A DNA stretch of 37,751 nucleotides, from positions 1-37,751 of the forward strand of contig NZ_JBQDAA010000003.1 of the NCBI RefSeq assembly GCF_052089545.1, given 5' to 3'. A program made the position numbers and the translations under genes. The stretch comes from Tissierella sp. GTDB taxonomy: Bacteria > Bacillota > Clostridia > Tissierellales > Tissierellaceae. Shown piece by piece: positions 10,203 through 19,824 of the stretch. The first letter of the stretch is position 1. Every line of letters starts with the position of its first letter. The notes under the pieces are model-generated. The model saw only the letters and a program-made list of their open reading frames with translations. It did not search any database and was not told the origin of the DNA.

Positions 10203-11797
10203 ATGAAAACTACTGTAAAAGATGCTTTAGAGTTAGGATCTTTAAATGGATCAAAAATTGTAGCTGGGAAAAAAGGATTGGATAATGAAATTAGATTTAT
10301 AAATGTTATGGAAGTTCCTGATATATCAGATTGGATATCTGGTTATGAAATGATATTAACTACTGCCTACCCGTATAGAAATAATGATACTGGTTGGGGG
10401 AAACTAATTGAAGACTTAAAAATGGAAAAACTTTCAGCATTTGCTATAAAACCTGATAGATATATTGATAAGATACCTCAAGAAGTAATAGATATGGGTA
10501 ATAAACTAAATATTCCTATTTTAGAACTTCCCTTGGGAGCTAGGTTTGATTTAATAATAAATGATGTAATGAGAGAGATTATAAATAAAGATTATGCACT
10601 TATAGAAAAATCACAAAAGATCCATAAAGATTTTACAGATCTTATTTTATCAGGAGGAGGGCTGAAAGAAATAGCTAATATATTAGCTAAACTTACAAAC
10701 GCCTTTGTGATGATAGGAGATAAAGATGAAAATATATTGGCTGAAAGCTCTAATTATAAACTTACAAAAAATATAGATATGGAAAAAAGATATGAAGAAA
10801 AAAACCAGTGACTATATATAAAAAAAATAGGGCGTATGTAAGACTGATTTCAGTAGATAAAGATTTTAAAGAAGTAGATATAATATCATTAGAAAGAGCT
10901 ATAGAGGCAGTAGCAATTGTAATACTTAAAAAAATGGGAGAAGAAGAAATAGAAAAAAAATATAAGAATGATTTTTTAAATGATGTTATTAATGGTGAAT
11001 TTAAATCAAAAGAAACTTTAATCGAAAGGGGAGCCTTTTTTAATATAGATCTTAATGGCTCATACTTACTTTTCTTACTTAGTATAGACTCATTTGATTA
11101 TATTTTTTCTAAAGAATTTGGTGAAAGAAAACTACAAACACATAATATATTATCAGACTTATTTAATGTAGTATTTAATTCTTTCTTTTCAAAATCTGAA
11201 GAAAGTATAATATGGAGTATGAATAAAAATATATTTATTTTGTATCCGGTACTAAAAGAAAATGTAAATGATAAAAATTTTGTTAAAAATCTATCTGAAA
11301 ATGTAGCCCAAAACATTAAAAAGAAAGTAGACAAACATATAAATGAATTTACTATAAGTGTTGGTGTGGGAAGATTTTATGAAGATGTTTTAAATATAAA
11401 TAAGAGTTATAAAGAAGCTCAGGAAAGTTTGCGTATAGGAAAACTAGTTTGGGGAGACAACAATATATATCACTATGATGATATAGAGACCTATAATATT
11501 TTAATGAGGAGTGGTTCCAAAGAAGAACTAAAAGGTTTTGTACAAGAAAAGCTTGGTAAATTAATCGAACATGATAAGAAAAGAAACTCTGAACTCCTAG
11601 ACACATTAGAAGAAATATTAAATAGTGATGGCAATTTAAGAACTACTGCTGAAAAAATGTTTCTACATTATAAGACGGTATCATACAGAAGAGACCAAAT
11701 AGAAGAAATACTAGGTATATCACTTAATGATATGGAAGAAAAATTTTCAATTTATATGGCTTTGAAGATAAAACAGCTCATACAAGACACCATATAA
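10203..11797 (+). pseudogene. PucR-family transcriptional regulator split by a -1 frameshift (ORFs 10203-10811 and 10808-11797)
   Basis: N-terminal PucR ligand-binding domain (AGKKGLDNEI..VMEVPD...ILTT); second ORF has GGDEF-like region and C-terminal HTH (TAEKMFLHYKTVSYRRDQIEEILG); junction falls in A7 run 10798-10804; one added A gives a 531-aa protein. Confidence 0.8.
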
Positions 11798-11858
11798 GTT
11801 TATACCACAAAAATAATATCTTAAACTATCCATAAGATGAAAAAATGTACAAGCATCT

Positions 11859-11903
11859 TTATCTTTAAAGGATAATATAGAAAAGTTCTTTTTAGAGTAT
11901 AAT
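11859..11903 (+). promoter_or_regulatory. Candidate activator site and promoter of the permease-hydrolase operon
   Basis: Dyad TTATC-N7-GATAA (11859-11875) just upstream of a poor -35; TATAAT at 11898-11903. Confidence 0.4.
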
Positions 11904-12033
11904 TATATATAAGAAGTCAAAGAACATATCTAAACTTCGATATAGAATTGATAATAATAAATAATACAATATGAAATTTGAAGGAGGACGAGCCTTACAA
12001 AAAGATGAATTCCTAAATTAGGAGGTTTTGTAA

Positions 12034-13362
12034 ATGTCAGATTCTCAAGATCGTATAAAATTAATTTACGGTCCAGATGATAAACCTGATTCCTTAAAGG
12101 ATACGATAATATATTCTCTTCAATGGATACTTATAATGTTTTATCCAGTAGTATGGGGATACTCTATTGTAGGTTTAGGTCTTGGATTCGAAGGCAATAT
12201 GCTTGGAGCCTATATGGGTAGAGTAGTACTTATGATAGGAGTTTCCACACTTATTCAAGCTGTTATGGGTTACCGGCTATCAATGATATCTGGGCCTAAT
12301 ATTATTACATCTTTAGCCATAGTAGCTGCCATGTCAGTAGGTGGCAGGGAATATGCACTCTTATCATTTAACGCATTTATAGTTGCAGGAGTTATAGTTG
12401 CTATACTAGGTGCCTTAGGCTTAATCTCATATATAGGTAAAGTTTGGACACCATTAGCATTAGGTTCTATGGTTATGATGGTGGGACTTTCAACAAGTTT
12501 TACAGGTATGGAGCTTATAGCTTCATATGGTGCTACTTGGCCTTTTTATGCAGGTATAGTATTAGCACTCATTACAGGGTGGCTGTCTATTAAAGGAAAA
12601 GGAATACTAGCTACCATTCCATTTCTAGTTACTATAGTTGCGGGATATGCAGTGTTTATGATAGGTGGAAAGTTTGATTGGTCTTTAATTAATAATGCAC
12701 CTACCTTTATACTTCCAAAGATATTTCCATATGGTTTGGAGATGCCACCAATAGATTTAATAGTCACAATGCTGATAGTACAAATATTTGCAGCCGTTAA
12801 CTTATATGGAAATGTTGATGCATATACAGATATAATAGGAACAAAAGTAGACTCAACACGAGAAAAAAGATACTTTACAGTATTTGGATTAGTTGAAGGT
12901 GTAATAGCTCCAATGTTTGGAGTAGCGCCAAATGTAGCCTATGGGGAAAACTTAGGATTTGTACTATTAACTAGAATAGCTTCTAAGTTTTTAATAATAA
13001 TAGCAAGTATAGCTTTTATTGTATTATCTTTCTTTGGTAAGGTAGGAGGACTTATGGCAGCAATGCCACAGCCTGTAGCAGGTGCGGTACTTTTAGGAGT
13101 AGCTTCAACACTTATAGGACTTGGTGCAGATACAATAAAAGGTCAAGGAAAGAAGTTTGAAACTAGAGAAATATTTATAGTTGGATTTTCAATATTTTTA
13201 GCACTGGGTGTATCAAGACTTCCAGATGAATTCTATAATACTCTACCAAATTTAGTTGGAACACTTCTAAATAATCCAATTATATTTGTAATAGTCTTAG
13301 TAATAATCTTAGAACAAATTGTTTTAAGGGAAGATAAAAAACCAAAATTTGAAGGCAAATAA
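12034..13362 (+). CDS. NCS2/NAT family nucleobase-like permease (YbbY/YwdJ-like)
   Basis: Multi-TM; TM1 LQW; NAT signature ENLGFVLLTR; P.PVAGAVL; SD AGGAGG. Confidence 0.85.
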   Translation: MSDSQDRIKLIYGPDDKPDSLKDTIIYSLQWILIMFYPVVWGYSIVGLGLGFEGNMLGAYMGRVVLMIGVSTLIQAVMGYRLSMISGPNIITSLAIVAAMSVGGREYALLSFNAFIVAGVIVAILGALGLISYIGKVWTPLALGSMVMMVGLSTSFTGMELIASYGATWPFYAGIVLALITGWLSIKGKGILATIPFLVTIVAGYAVFMIGGKFDWSLINNAPTFILPKIFPYGLEMPPIDLIVTMLIVQIFAAVNLYGNVDAYTDIIGTKVDSTREKRYFTVFGLVEGVIAPMFGVAPNVAYGENLGFVLLTRIASKFLIIIASIAFIVLSFFGKVGGLMAAMPQPVAGAVLLGVASTLIGLGADTIKGQGKKFETREIFIVGFSIFLALGVSRLPDEFYNTLPNLVGTLLNNPIIFVIVLVIILEQIVLREDKKPKFEGK

Positions 13363-13460
13363 AAAATAAATCATAATCTATAGGAGGATTTTAATATGAC
13401 TCACAAAATTAGAACTTACGAAAAGTATTTAGATGAAGGAAGAAAGAAATTTTAGAAAAG

Positions 13461-14255
13461 GTGCAAAAAGGATATGACATTTTCCAAGAAACAAAAACTT
13501 TAGCATTTCCTACTTGGGAATATGGGCAGGCTAAAGGTACACTATTTAAGGTAGAAGTAGAAGATACTCCAAAGTTTGGGCAAGATGCTTATATAGAATT
13601 AGACTCTGCTAGAACAGCATTTCTTTCAATTGACATGCAGACTGACTTTGCTGGAAAAGGTGGATATGTAGATACAATGGGATATGATCTTTCCTTAACT
13701 TCAGTTGCTATAGAACCTATTAAAAATGTACTAGATGCAATAAGAGGAACTGATATTAGTGTAATTCATACAAGAGAAGGTCATGAGCCTGACTTATCTG
13801 ATGCGCCATATAACAAGGTATTAAGATCTAAGTTAATTGGTGAAGGTATTGGTTTAGGTGAGTCTCTAGAAGATACTGGAAGTCAACTATTAACTAGGGG
13901 TCAAAAAAATTGGGATATAGTAGATGAATTATATCCTATACCTGGTGAAGTGGTTATAGACAAGGCAGGTAAAGGTGCCTTTACTACATCTAACCTTCAT
14001 TTAGTTTTAAGAAACTTAGGTATAACTCACATTGTTGTTGCAGGAATTACAACTGATGTTTGTGTTCACACTATAATGAGGGAAGCAAATGACTTTGGTT
14101 TCTGGTGTATTTTATTAAAAGATGCTACAGGTGCCACTGATTACGGTAACTATGAAGCGGCTGTAAAGTCTGTAAAAATGCAGGGTGGAGTATTTGGTAA
14201 TGTTACTGATTCTAAAAGATTTATCAAAGCAGTTAAGGAAGCAGGATTAAAATAG
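13461..14255 (+). CDS. Cysteine hydrolase (isochorismatase-like), biuret hydrolase BiuH-like; true start may be ATG 13396 across a frameshift
   Basis: IDMQTDF, HTREGH.PDL, IDKAGKGAF, GITTDVCV, GATDYGN, KMQGGVFG closely resemble BiuH; D-K-C triad present. Confidence 0.85.
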   Translation: MQKGYDIFQETKTLAFPTWEYGQAKGTLFKVEVEDTPKFGQDAYIELDSARTAFLSIDMQTDFAGKGGYVDTMGYDLSLTSVAIEPIKNVLDAIRGTDISVIHTREGHEPDLSDAPYNKVLRSKLIGEGIGLGESLEDTGSQLLTRGQKNWDIVDELYPIPGEVVIDKAGKGAFTTSNLHLVLRNLGITHIVVAGITTDVCVHTIMREANDFGFWCILLKDATGATDYGNYEAAVKSVKMQGGVFGNVTDSKRFIKAVKEAGLK

Positions 14256-14322
14256 TAGTTGAAAAATAAAATATAAAATAATAATTTTATTTAGATTAGA
14301 TCTAAAAATAAATATCTTTTAT

Positions 14323-14356
14323 AATATACCTTAGAAATTTCTAAGGTATATTTTTT
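14323..14356 (+). terminator. Terminator after hydrolase gene
   Basis: Perfect palindrome AATATACCTTAGAAA/TTTCTAAGGTATATT plus T-run. Confidence 0.75.
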
Positions 14357-14427
14357 ATAGAGATAAAGTAAAATTAGAACTTAGTAAAATAAAAATCCTA
14401 TCTATATGTCTAAATTTCTATACTTTA

Positions 14428-14456
14428 TTGTTAAAATGTTACTATAATGATATAAT
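14428..14456 (+). promoter_or_regulatory. Sigma-A promoter of fba-tal
   Basis: TTGTTA-17 nt-TATAAT with extended TG. Confidence 0.6.
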
Positions 14457-14489
14457 AAAAGTTAGAAATAGAAGGGAAAGGTGATTTAT

Positions 14490-15341
14490 TTGTTAATGAC
14501 GGGTAAGGAATTGTTGCTGCATGCACAAAAAAACAAATATGCAGTAGGAGCATTTAATGTAAATAATATGGAAATAATTCAAGCTATAATGGGAGCTGCA
14601 GAAGAATTAAATTCTCCGGTTATACTTCAAGCAAGCCAAGGTGGATTGAAATATGCAGGAGTAGAGTATATTGCAGCGCTTGGAAAACTTGCAGCCAATT
14701 CATCTAAGCTTCCTGTAGCCCTGCATTTAGACCACGGTACAGATTTTGAACAGGTTATGCAATGTATAAGACATGGTTTTTCATCTGTTATGATTGATGG
14801 TTCTAGATTTCCTCTAGAAGAGAATATAGCATTTACTAAAAGAGTTGTTGAAATAGCACATATGGTTGGAGTTACTGTAGAAGCAGAACTTGGTAAAATA
14901 GGAGGAACAGAAGACCATATTACAGTAAGTGAAAAAGATGCTACCTTTACTAATCCTGTAGAAGCTAAAAGATTTGTAGAAGAAACTGGAGTAGATTACT
15001 TAGCTATAGCAGTTGGAACAGCTCATGGAGTTTATCAAGGTGAGCCAAAGATAGATTATGACAGAATAAAAAAGATAAGAAATACAGTGGATGTTCCTTT
15101 AGTACTTCATGGTTCAAGTGGAGTTTCTGAAGAAAGTCTTAAAAAGGCAGTAGAATGTGGTATATGTAAAATCAATATAGATACAGATATAAGAGCTTCA
15201 TTTGCTAGAGCTGTAAAAGAATATATAAAAGAAAATCCTGATCAAATAGATCCAAGAAAAATACTTAAACCTGCTACAGAAAGTATGAAAAAAACAATTA
15301 TGGAAAAAATGAAAATATTTGGTTCAGTAAATAAAGGGTAA
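14490..15341 (+). CDS. fba: Class II fructose-1,6-bisphosphate aldolase
   Basis: AVGAFN, ALHLDHG, SVMIDGS, VEAELG, GTAHG, LVLHGSSG, KINIDTD; TTG start after SD AAGGTGA. Confidence 0.95.
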   Translation: MLMTGKELLLHAQKNKYAVGAFNVNNMEIIQAIMGAAEELNSPVILQASQGGLKYAGVEYIAALGKLAANSSKLPVALHLDHGTDFEQVMQCIRHGFSSVMIDGSRFPLEENIAFTKRVVEIAHMVGVTVEAELGKIGGTEDHITVSEKDATFTNPVEAKRFVEETGVDYLAIAVGTAHGVYQGEPKIDYDRIKKIRNTVDVPLVLHGSSGVSEESLKKAVECGICKINIDTDIRASFARAVKEYIKENPDQIDPRKILKPATESMKKTIMEKMKIFGSVNKG

Positions 15342-15363
15342 GTATTAAAATAAGGAGGATTTT

Positions 15364-16005
15364 ATGAAATTATTTATAGATACTGCTAATTTGGACGAAA
15401 TAAAGGAAGTAAATAGCTGGGGAATCTTAAAAGGTGTTACTACAAACCCAAGCCTTATAGCTAAAGAAGGAAGAGATTTTAAGATAGTTGTAGGTGAAAT
15501 TGCAGATATTGTAGATGGACCCATAAGTGCTGAGGTAGTAAGTGAAGATCACCAAGGCATGTTAAAAGAAGCAAGAGAATTAAGTAAGATTCATAAAAAT
15601 ATAATAATAAAAGTACCTATGACAAAAGAAGGACTAAAAGCTGTAAATATATTGGACAAGGAAGGTATAAAGACGAATGTGACACTTGTATTTTCTGCAA
15701 ATCAAGCTCTTTTAGCAGCTAGGGCTGGAGCAAGTTTTGTAAGTCCATTTATAGGAAGACTTGATGATATAGGAAATGAAGGAATAGATCTTGTGAAAGA
15801 TATTGCTGAAATATTTTATATATATAAAATAGATACAGAAATAATATCTGCAAGTATAAGACATCCTGCTCATGTTTTTCAGTCTGCAAAAGCTGGAGCA
15901 GATATTGCAACTATTCCTTATAAAGTTTTCAATCAGATGCTTAACCATCCACTTACTGATAGTGGAATAGAACGGTTTTTAAAGGATTGGGAAAGTGTAA
16001 AATAA
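15364..16005 (+). CDS. tal: Transaldolase (small TalC/FSA family; E/F residues of transaldolase type)
   Basis: [38 protein letters not shown]. Confidence 0.92.
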   Translation: MKLFIDTANLDEIKEVNSWGILKGVTTNPSLIAKEGRDFKIVVGEIADIVDGPISAEVVSEDHQGMLKEARELSKIHKNIIIKVPMTKEGLKAVNILDKEGIKTNVTLVFSANQALLAARAGASFVSPFIGRLDDIGNEGIDLVKDIAEIFYIYKIDTEIISASIRHPAHVFQSAKAGADIATIPYKVFNQMLNHPLTDSGIERFLKDWESVK

Positions 16006-16017
16006 ATCTAAAAGTAT

Positions 16018-16049
16018 CTTTATCAGATGGATTGATCCATCTGATAAAG
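16018..16049 (+). terminator. Inverted repeat after tal
   Basis: CTTTATCAGATGGAT-TG-ATCCATCTGATAAAG. Confidence 0.7.
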
Positions 16050-16146
16050 CTTCCTTATTAAAACTTATCTTTTGATACAAGTCTAAAGTAAATATTTCAT
16101 AAAGAACTAAAAATAGAATATAAAAATAAATCTGGAGGCGATTTTG

Positions 16147-17115
16147 ATGGATAGAAATTTACCAGTAAACTTAGGAAGAGTAACAGAAGCAGCATCACTT
16201 GCAAGTGCAAAGTTTTTAGGACAAGGAGATAAAAACAAGGCTGATGGAGCAGCTGTAGATGCTATGAGAAGAATGTTTGATACTCTCAATATAGATGGAA
16301 CGGTAGTAATAGGTGAAGGAGAAATGGATGAAGCTCCTATGCTTTATATTGGAGAAAATATAGGGAGGGCAATCGGAAGTGGTTTAGCTATTGATATAGC
16401 AGTAGATCCTCTAGATGGAACTCTTTCAGTTGCAAATGGTCTTCCAAATGCAATATCCGTAGTAGGAGTTGCACCAAAGGGTTGTCTTCTTCATGCACCA
16501 GATACATATATGGAAAAGATAGCTGTAGGACCAAAAGCTAAAGGGTCTGTAGATATTCATAAATCAGTTAAAGAAAATATAGAAAATGTAGCCAAAGCTC
16601 TTCATAAGGATGTAGACGATATAACAGTTGTAGTACTAGATAGACCTAGGCATGATAAGCTTATAAAAGAGATTAGAGAAGCTGGAGCAAGGATTAAAAT
16701 GATAAGTGATGGTGACGTACTTGGTGCTATTTCTACTTGTTTTGACTATACTAATGTTGACATACTTATGGGAATTGGTGGAGCGCCTGAGGGAGTTATA
16801 TCAGCTGTTGCACTTAAGTGTTTAGGCGGAGAACAGCAAGGTATTTTAAAACCAGTTACTGAAGAGCAAAAAAGAAGATGTATAGAGATGGGTGCTGATT
16901 TAGAAAAAGTTTATACTATAGACGATATGGCTAAAGGTAATGAAATGAGTTTTGCAGCTACTGGAGTTTCCTATGGAGAACTTCTTCAAGGAGTAAAATA
17001 TATGGAAAACAATACTGCTAGTACTCATACTTTAATACTTAGATTAGAAACAGGAACTATTAGATTTATTGAGTCAATTCACAAACTTGATAAAAAGCCT
17101 GAATATGCTAAATAA
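16147..17115 (+). CDS. glpX: Class II fructose-1,6-bisphosphatase
   Basis: ADGAAVDAMR, VIGEGEMDEAPML, AVDPLDGT, DRPRH, SDGDV, GGAPEGV. Confidence 0.95.
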   Translation: MDRNLPVNLGRVTEAASLASAKFLGQGDKNKADGAAVDAMRRMFDTLNIDGTVVIGEGEMDEAPMLYIGENIGRAIGSGLAIDIAVDPLDGTLSVANGLPNAISVVGVAPKGCLLHAPDTYMEKIAVGPKAKGSVDIHKSVKENIENVAKALHKDVDDITVVVLDRPRHDKLIKEIREAGARIKMISDGDVLGAISTCFDYTNVDILMGIGGAPEGVISAVALKCLGGEQQGILKPVTEEQKRRCIEMGADLEKVYTIDDMAKGNEMSFAATGVSYGELLQGVKYMENNTASTHTLILRLETGTIRFIESIHKLDKKPEYAK

Positions 17116-17127
17116 AGGAGGCTAAAA

Positions 17128-18471
17128 GTGAATTTAGAAGAATTAGAAAAAAAGAAAATAGTAGAGCTTAGAGAAATAGCTAAAGATTTTAATGTAGCTA
17201 GTCCATATAAATATAGGAAATATGAACTTATAGAAGCTATATTAAAAAATAGAAATATTAAAAAGGATTCTAAAGATAAAAACAAAATAGATATAAAAAA
17301 AATAGATATGAAAGATTTATCAGACAAGGCTACAGAAGAGATGGAACAACTTGACGATATAAATATGGCAAGTGGAATATTAGAAATTCATCAAGATGGA
17401 TATGGTTTTTTAAGAAGGGAAAACTATCAATCTGGAGATGACGATATATATTTATCACCCTCACAAATAAGAAGATTTAGGATGAGGACAGGTGATAAGA
17501 TAGCAGGGGTTGTAAGACCAGCAAAACAAGGGGAAAAGTTTAGAGCTCTTTTATATGTTAAGGGAATAAATGATTTAGATCCTGAAACAGCTGTAAATAG
17601 ACCGGATTTTGATAAACTAACTCCTATATACCCAAATGACAGATTAGAACTTGAAACGGATGCAAGTGATTTTGCAACTCGTATGATAGATTTAATAGCA
17701 CCACTTGGTAAAGGTCAAAGAGGTATGATAGTATCTCCTCCTAAGGCAGGTAAGACAACCCTTTTAAAGATGATAGCAAACTCTATAACTAAAAACCATC
17801 CTGAAGCAGAGATGATAATCCTACTTATAGATGAAAGACCAGAAGAAGTAACAGATATGAAAAGAACTGTAGAGGCTGATGTAGTTTATAGTACTTTTGA
17901 TGAACTTCCAAGAAACCATACAAAAGTTGCAGAAATAGTACTTGAAAGAGCTAAAAGGCTTGTTGAACATGGTAAAGATGTTGTAGTTTTATTAGATAGT
18001 ATAACAAGACTTGCAAGAGCTTATAACTTAACTATTCCAGCTACTGGTAGAACCCTATCAGGAGGACTTGATCCAGGAGCCTTATATGTGCCAAAGAGAT
18101 TCTTTGGAGCGGCAAGAAATATGGAAGAGGGTGGAAGCCTTACAATACTTGCAACAGCTTTAGTGGATACTGGGAGCAGAATGGACGATGTTATATTTGA
18201 AGAGTTTAAGGGAACAGGAAACATGGAAATTCATTTAGATAGAAGACTTTCAGAAAAAAGAATATTCCCGGCTATTGATATTCACAAGTCAGGAACTAGA
18301 AGAGAAGATCTTCTTTTAACTCAAAAAGAACTAGAATCAATTTGGGCTATTAGAAAAGCATTTAGTAATTCACCTAGTTATGAAGTAATAGAGAGCTTTA
18401 TGGATAGGCTAATTCAAACTAAATCCAATGAAGAGTTTATAGCTGAGGTCGTAAACAAAAACCTATTTTAG
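17128..18471 (+). CDS. rho: Transcription termination factor Rho
   Basis: [48 protein letters not shown]. Confidence 0.98.
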   Translation: MNLEELEKKKIVELREIAKDFNVASPYKYRKYELIEAILKNRNIKKDSKDKNKIDIKKIDMKDLSDKATEEMEQLDDINMASGILEIHQDGYGFLRRENYQSGDDDIYLSPSQIRRFRMRTGDKIAGVVRPAKQGEKFRALLYVKGINDLDPETAVNRPDFDKLTPIYPNDRLELETDASDFATRMIDLIAPLGKGQRGMIVSPPKAGKTTLLKMIANSITKNHPEAEMIILLIDERPEEVTDMKRTVEADVVYSTFDELPRNHTKVAEIVLERAKRLVEHGKDVVVLLDSITRLARAYNLTIPATGRTLSGGLDPGALYVPKRFFGAARNMEEGGSLTILATALVDTGSRMDDVIFEEFKGTGNMEIHLDRRLSEKRIFPAIDIHKSGTRREDLLLTQKELESIWAIRKAFSNSPSYEVIESFMDRLIQTKSNEEFIAEVVNKNLF

Positions 18472-18500
18472 TTGAAAACTAGTTTTTAGTATGGTATAAT
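18472..18500 (+). promoter_or_regulatory. Sigma-A promoter of rpmE
   Basis: TTGAAA-17 nt-TATAAT with TG extension. Confidence 0.7.
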
Positions 18501-18562
18501 TTAGTGGTTAAATTGATAGTATGTCTAAATGATATATACAGATTTGGGAAGAGGTGAAAGAA

Positions 18563-18763
18563 ATGAAGAAAGATATTCATCCAGAGTACGTAGATGCTAC
18601 AGTAACATGCGCTTGTGGTAATACCTTTAAGACAGGTTCTACACAAGAAAACTTAAAAGTAGAAATATGTTCTGAATGCCATCCATTTTTCACAGGTAAA
18701 CAAAAATTTGCTGAGCGTGGTGGACGTATAGAAAAATTCAAGAAGAAATATAATAGGGACTAG
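18563..18763 (+). CDS. rpmE: 50S ribosomal protein L31, zinc-binding type
   Basis: [25 protein letters not shown]; ATG 18563 after SD GAGGTG. Confidence 0.97.
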   Translation: MKKDIHPEYVDATVTCACGNTFKTGSTQENLKVEICSECHPFFTGKQKFAERGGRIEKFKKKYNRD

Positions 18764-18778
18764 TTTCTTCGAAAATCT

Positions 18779-18811
18779 AGGTTAGTTGCAAGGGCATCTA
18801 ACCTTTTTTTT
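18779..18811 (+). terminator. Terminator after rpmE
   Basis: AGGTTAG-TTGC-aagg-GCAT-CTAACCT followed by T-run. Confidence 0.65.
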
Positions 18812-18837
18812 AAATACTTTTGTAATGAAAAAGGAAA

Positions 18838-19824
18838 GTGATCGATTTGAAAGAAAATAATTTAAAACATAAAACTACGATTGGTGGTCAGGCTATTATC
18901 GAAGGAGTTATGATGAAGGGGCCAGAAAAAATTTCTATGGCTGTTCGAAAACCTGATGAAGATATAGAATTAAAAGTAGATAAAATAGATAGTATAGGTA
19001 AAAAATATAAGCTTCTATCTCTTCCCTTTATAAGGGGAGTAGTAGGGCTTGTTGAAGCTATGGTAGTAGGTACAAATGCTTTAATGTATTCGGCTGATTT
19101 TTTTGAAGAGGAAGAGGAGATAGAATATAAAGATAATATCTTCAGAAGAATGTTTAAATTAAAAGAGGATGAAACATTATTTGAAAAGATATTTAAAGAT
19201 AAGGCTGAAGATGTTTCTATGTTTCTAACAGTAGCCTTTTCTATTACTATTTCTATACTAGTTTTTATGATACTTCCAAACTTCTTAACTAGTATATTAA
19301 AGACAAAGGTTACAAATCCAATATATTTAAATATGATAGAAGGTATTATTAGAGTTTCTATATTTTTTATATATGTAATAGGTATTTCAAAACTTGAAGA
19401 TATAAAGAGAGTTTTTGAATACCATGGTGCCGAGCATAAATCTATACATTGTTATGAAAGCATGGAAGAGTTAACAGTTGAAAATGTAAAAACAAAGCCT
19501 ATCTTGCATCCAAGATGCGGAACGAGTTTTTTATTTATGGTAATGATAATAAGTATCTTTGTATTATCTTTTTTTGGTTGGCCAAGTCCACTTCAAAGAA
19601 TTCTTATAAGAATTCTTATGTTTCCTGTAATAGCAGGTATTTCATATGAGGTAAATAGACTTATAGGTAGAAGTGATAGTAAATTAAGTTACTACCTTTC
19701 TTATCCAGGTCTTATGATTCAAAAATATGCAACTGTTAGAGAACCTGATGATAGTCAGATAGAGGTAGCTATAGAAGCACTTAAATCTGTTATTCCAGAC
19801 AATATGGAGGATGACCTTTGGTAA
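18838..19824 (+). CDS. DUF1385 (YqhQ-like) membrane protein
   Basis: IGGQAIIEGVMM, YHGAEHK, HPRCGTSF, T.REP..Q.EVAI. Confidence 0.88.
   Translation: MIDLKENNLKHKTTIGGQAIIEGVMMKGPEKISMAVRKPDEDIELKVDKIDSIGKKYKLLSLPFIRGVVGLVEAMVVGTNALMYSADFFEEEEEIEYKDNIFRRMFKLKEDETLFEKIFKDKAEDVSMFLTVAFSITISILVFMILPNFLTSILKTKVTNPIYLNMIEGIIRVSIFFIYVIGISKLEDIKRVFEYHGAEHKSIHCYESMEELTVENVKTKPILHPRCGTSFLFMVMIISIFVLSFFGWPSPLQRILIRILMFPVIAGISYEVNRLIGRSDSKLSYYLSYPGLMIQKYATVREPDDSQIEVAIEALKSVIPDNMEDDLW

Noticed and set aside
11905-12033. Purine or guanidine riboswitch in the permease leader
   Set aside because: Very AT-rich, with no conserved riboswitch core or paired stems recognisable.
11973-13355. AAATTTGAAGG direct repeat on both sides of the permease as a target-site duplication
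   Set aside because: 11-bp AT-rich match, one copy inside coding sequence, no mobile element; compatible with chance.
4033-14400. Accessory block as an integrative element or prophage
   Set aside because: No integrase, transposase, att-like direct repeats or phage genes visible.
14428-14445. Rex operator TTGTTAA-N4-TTACTAT upstream of fba
   Set aside because: Second half-site is poor; better explained as the -35 element.
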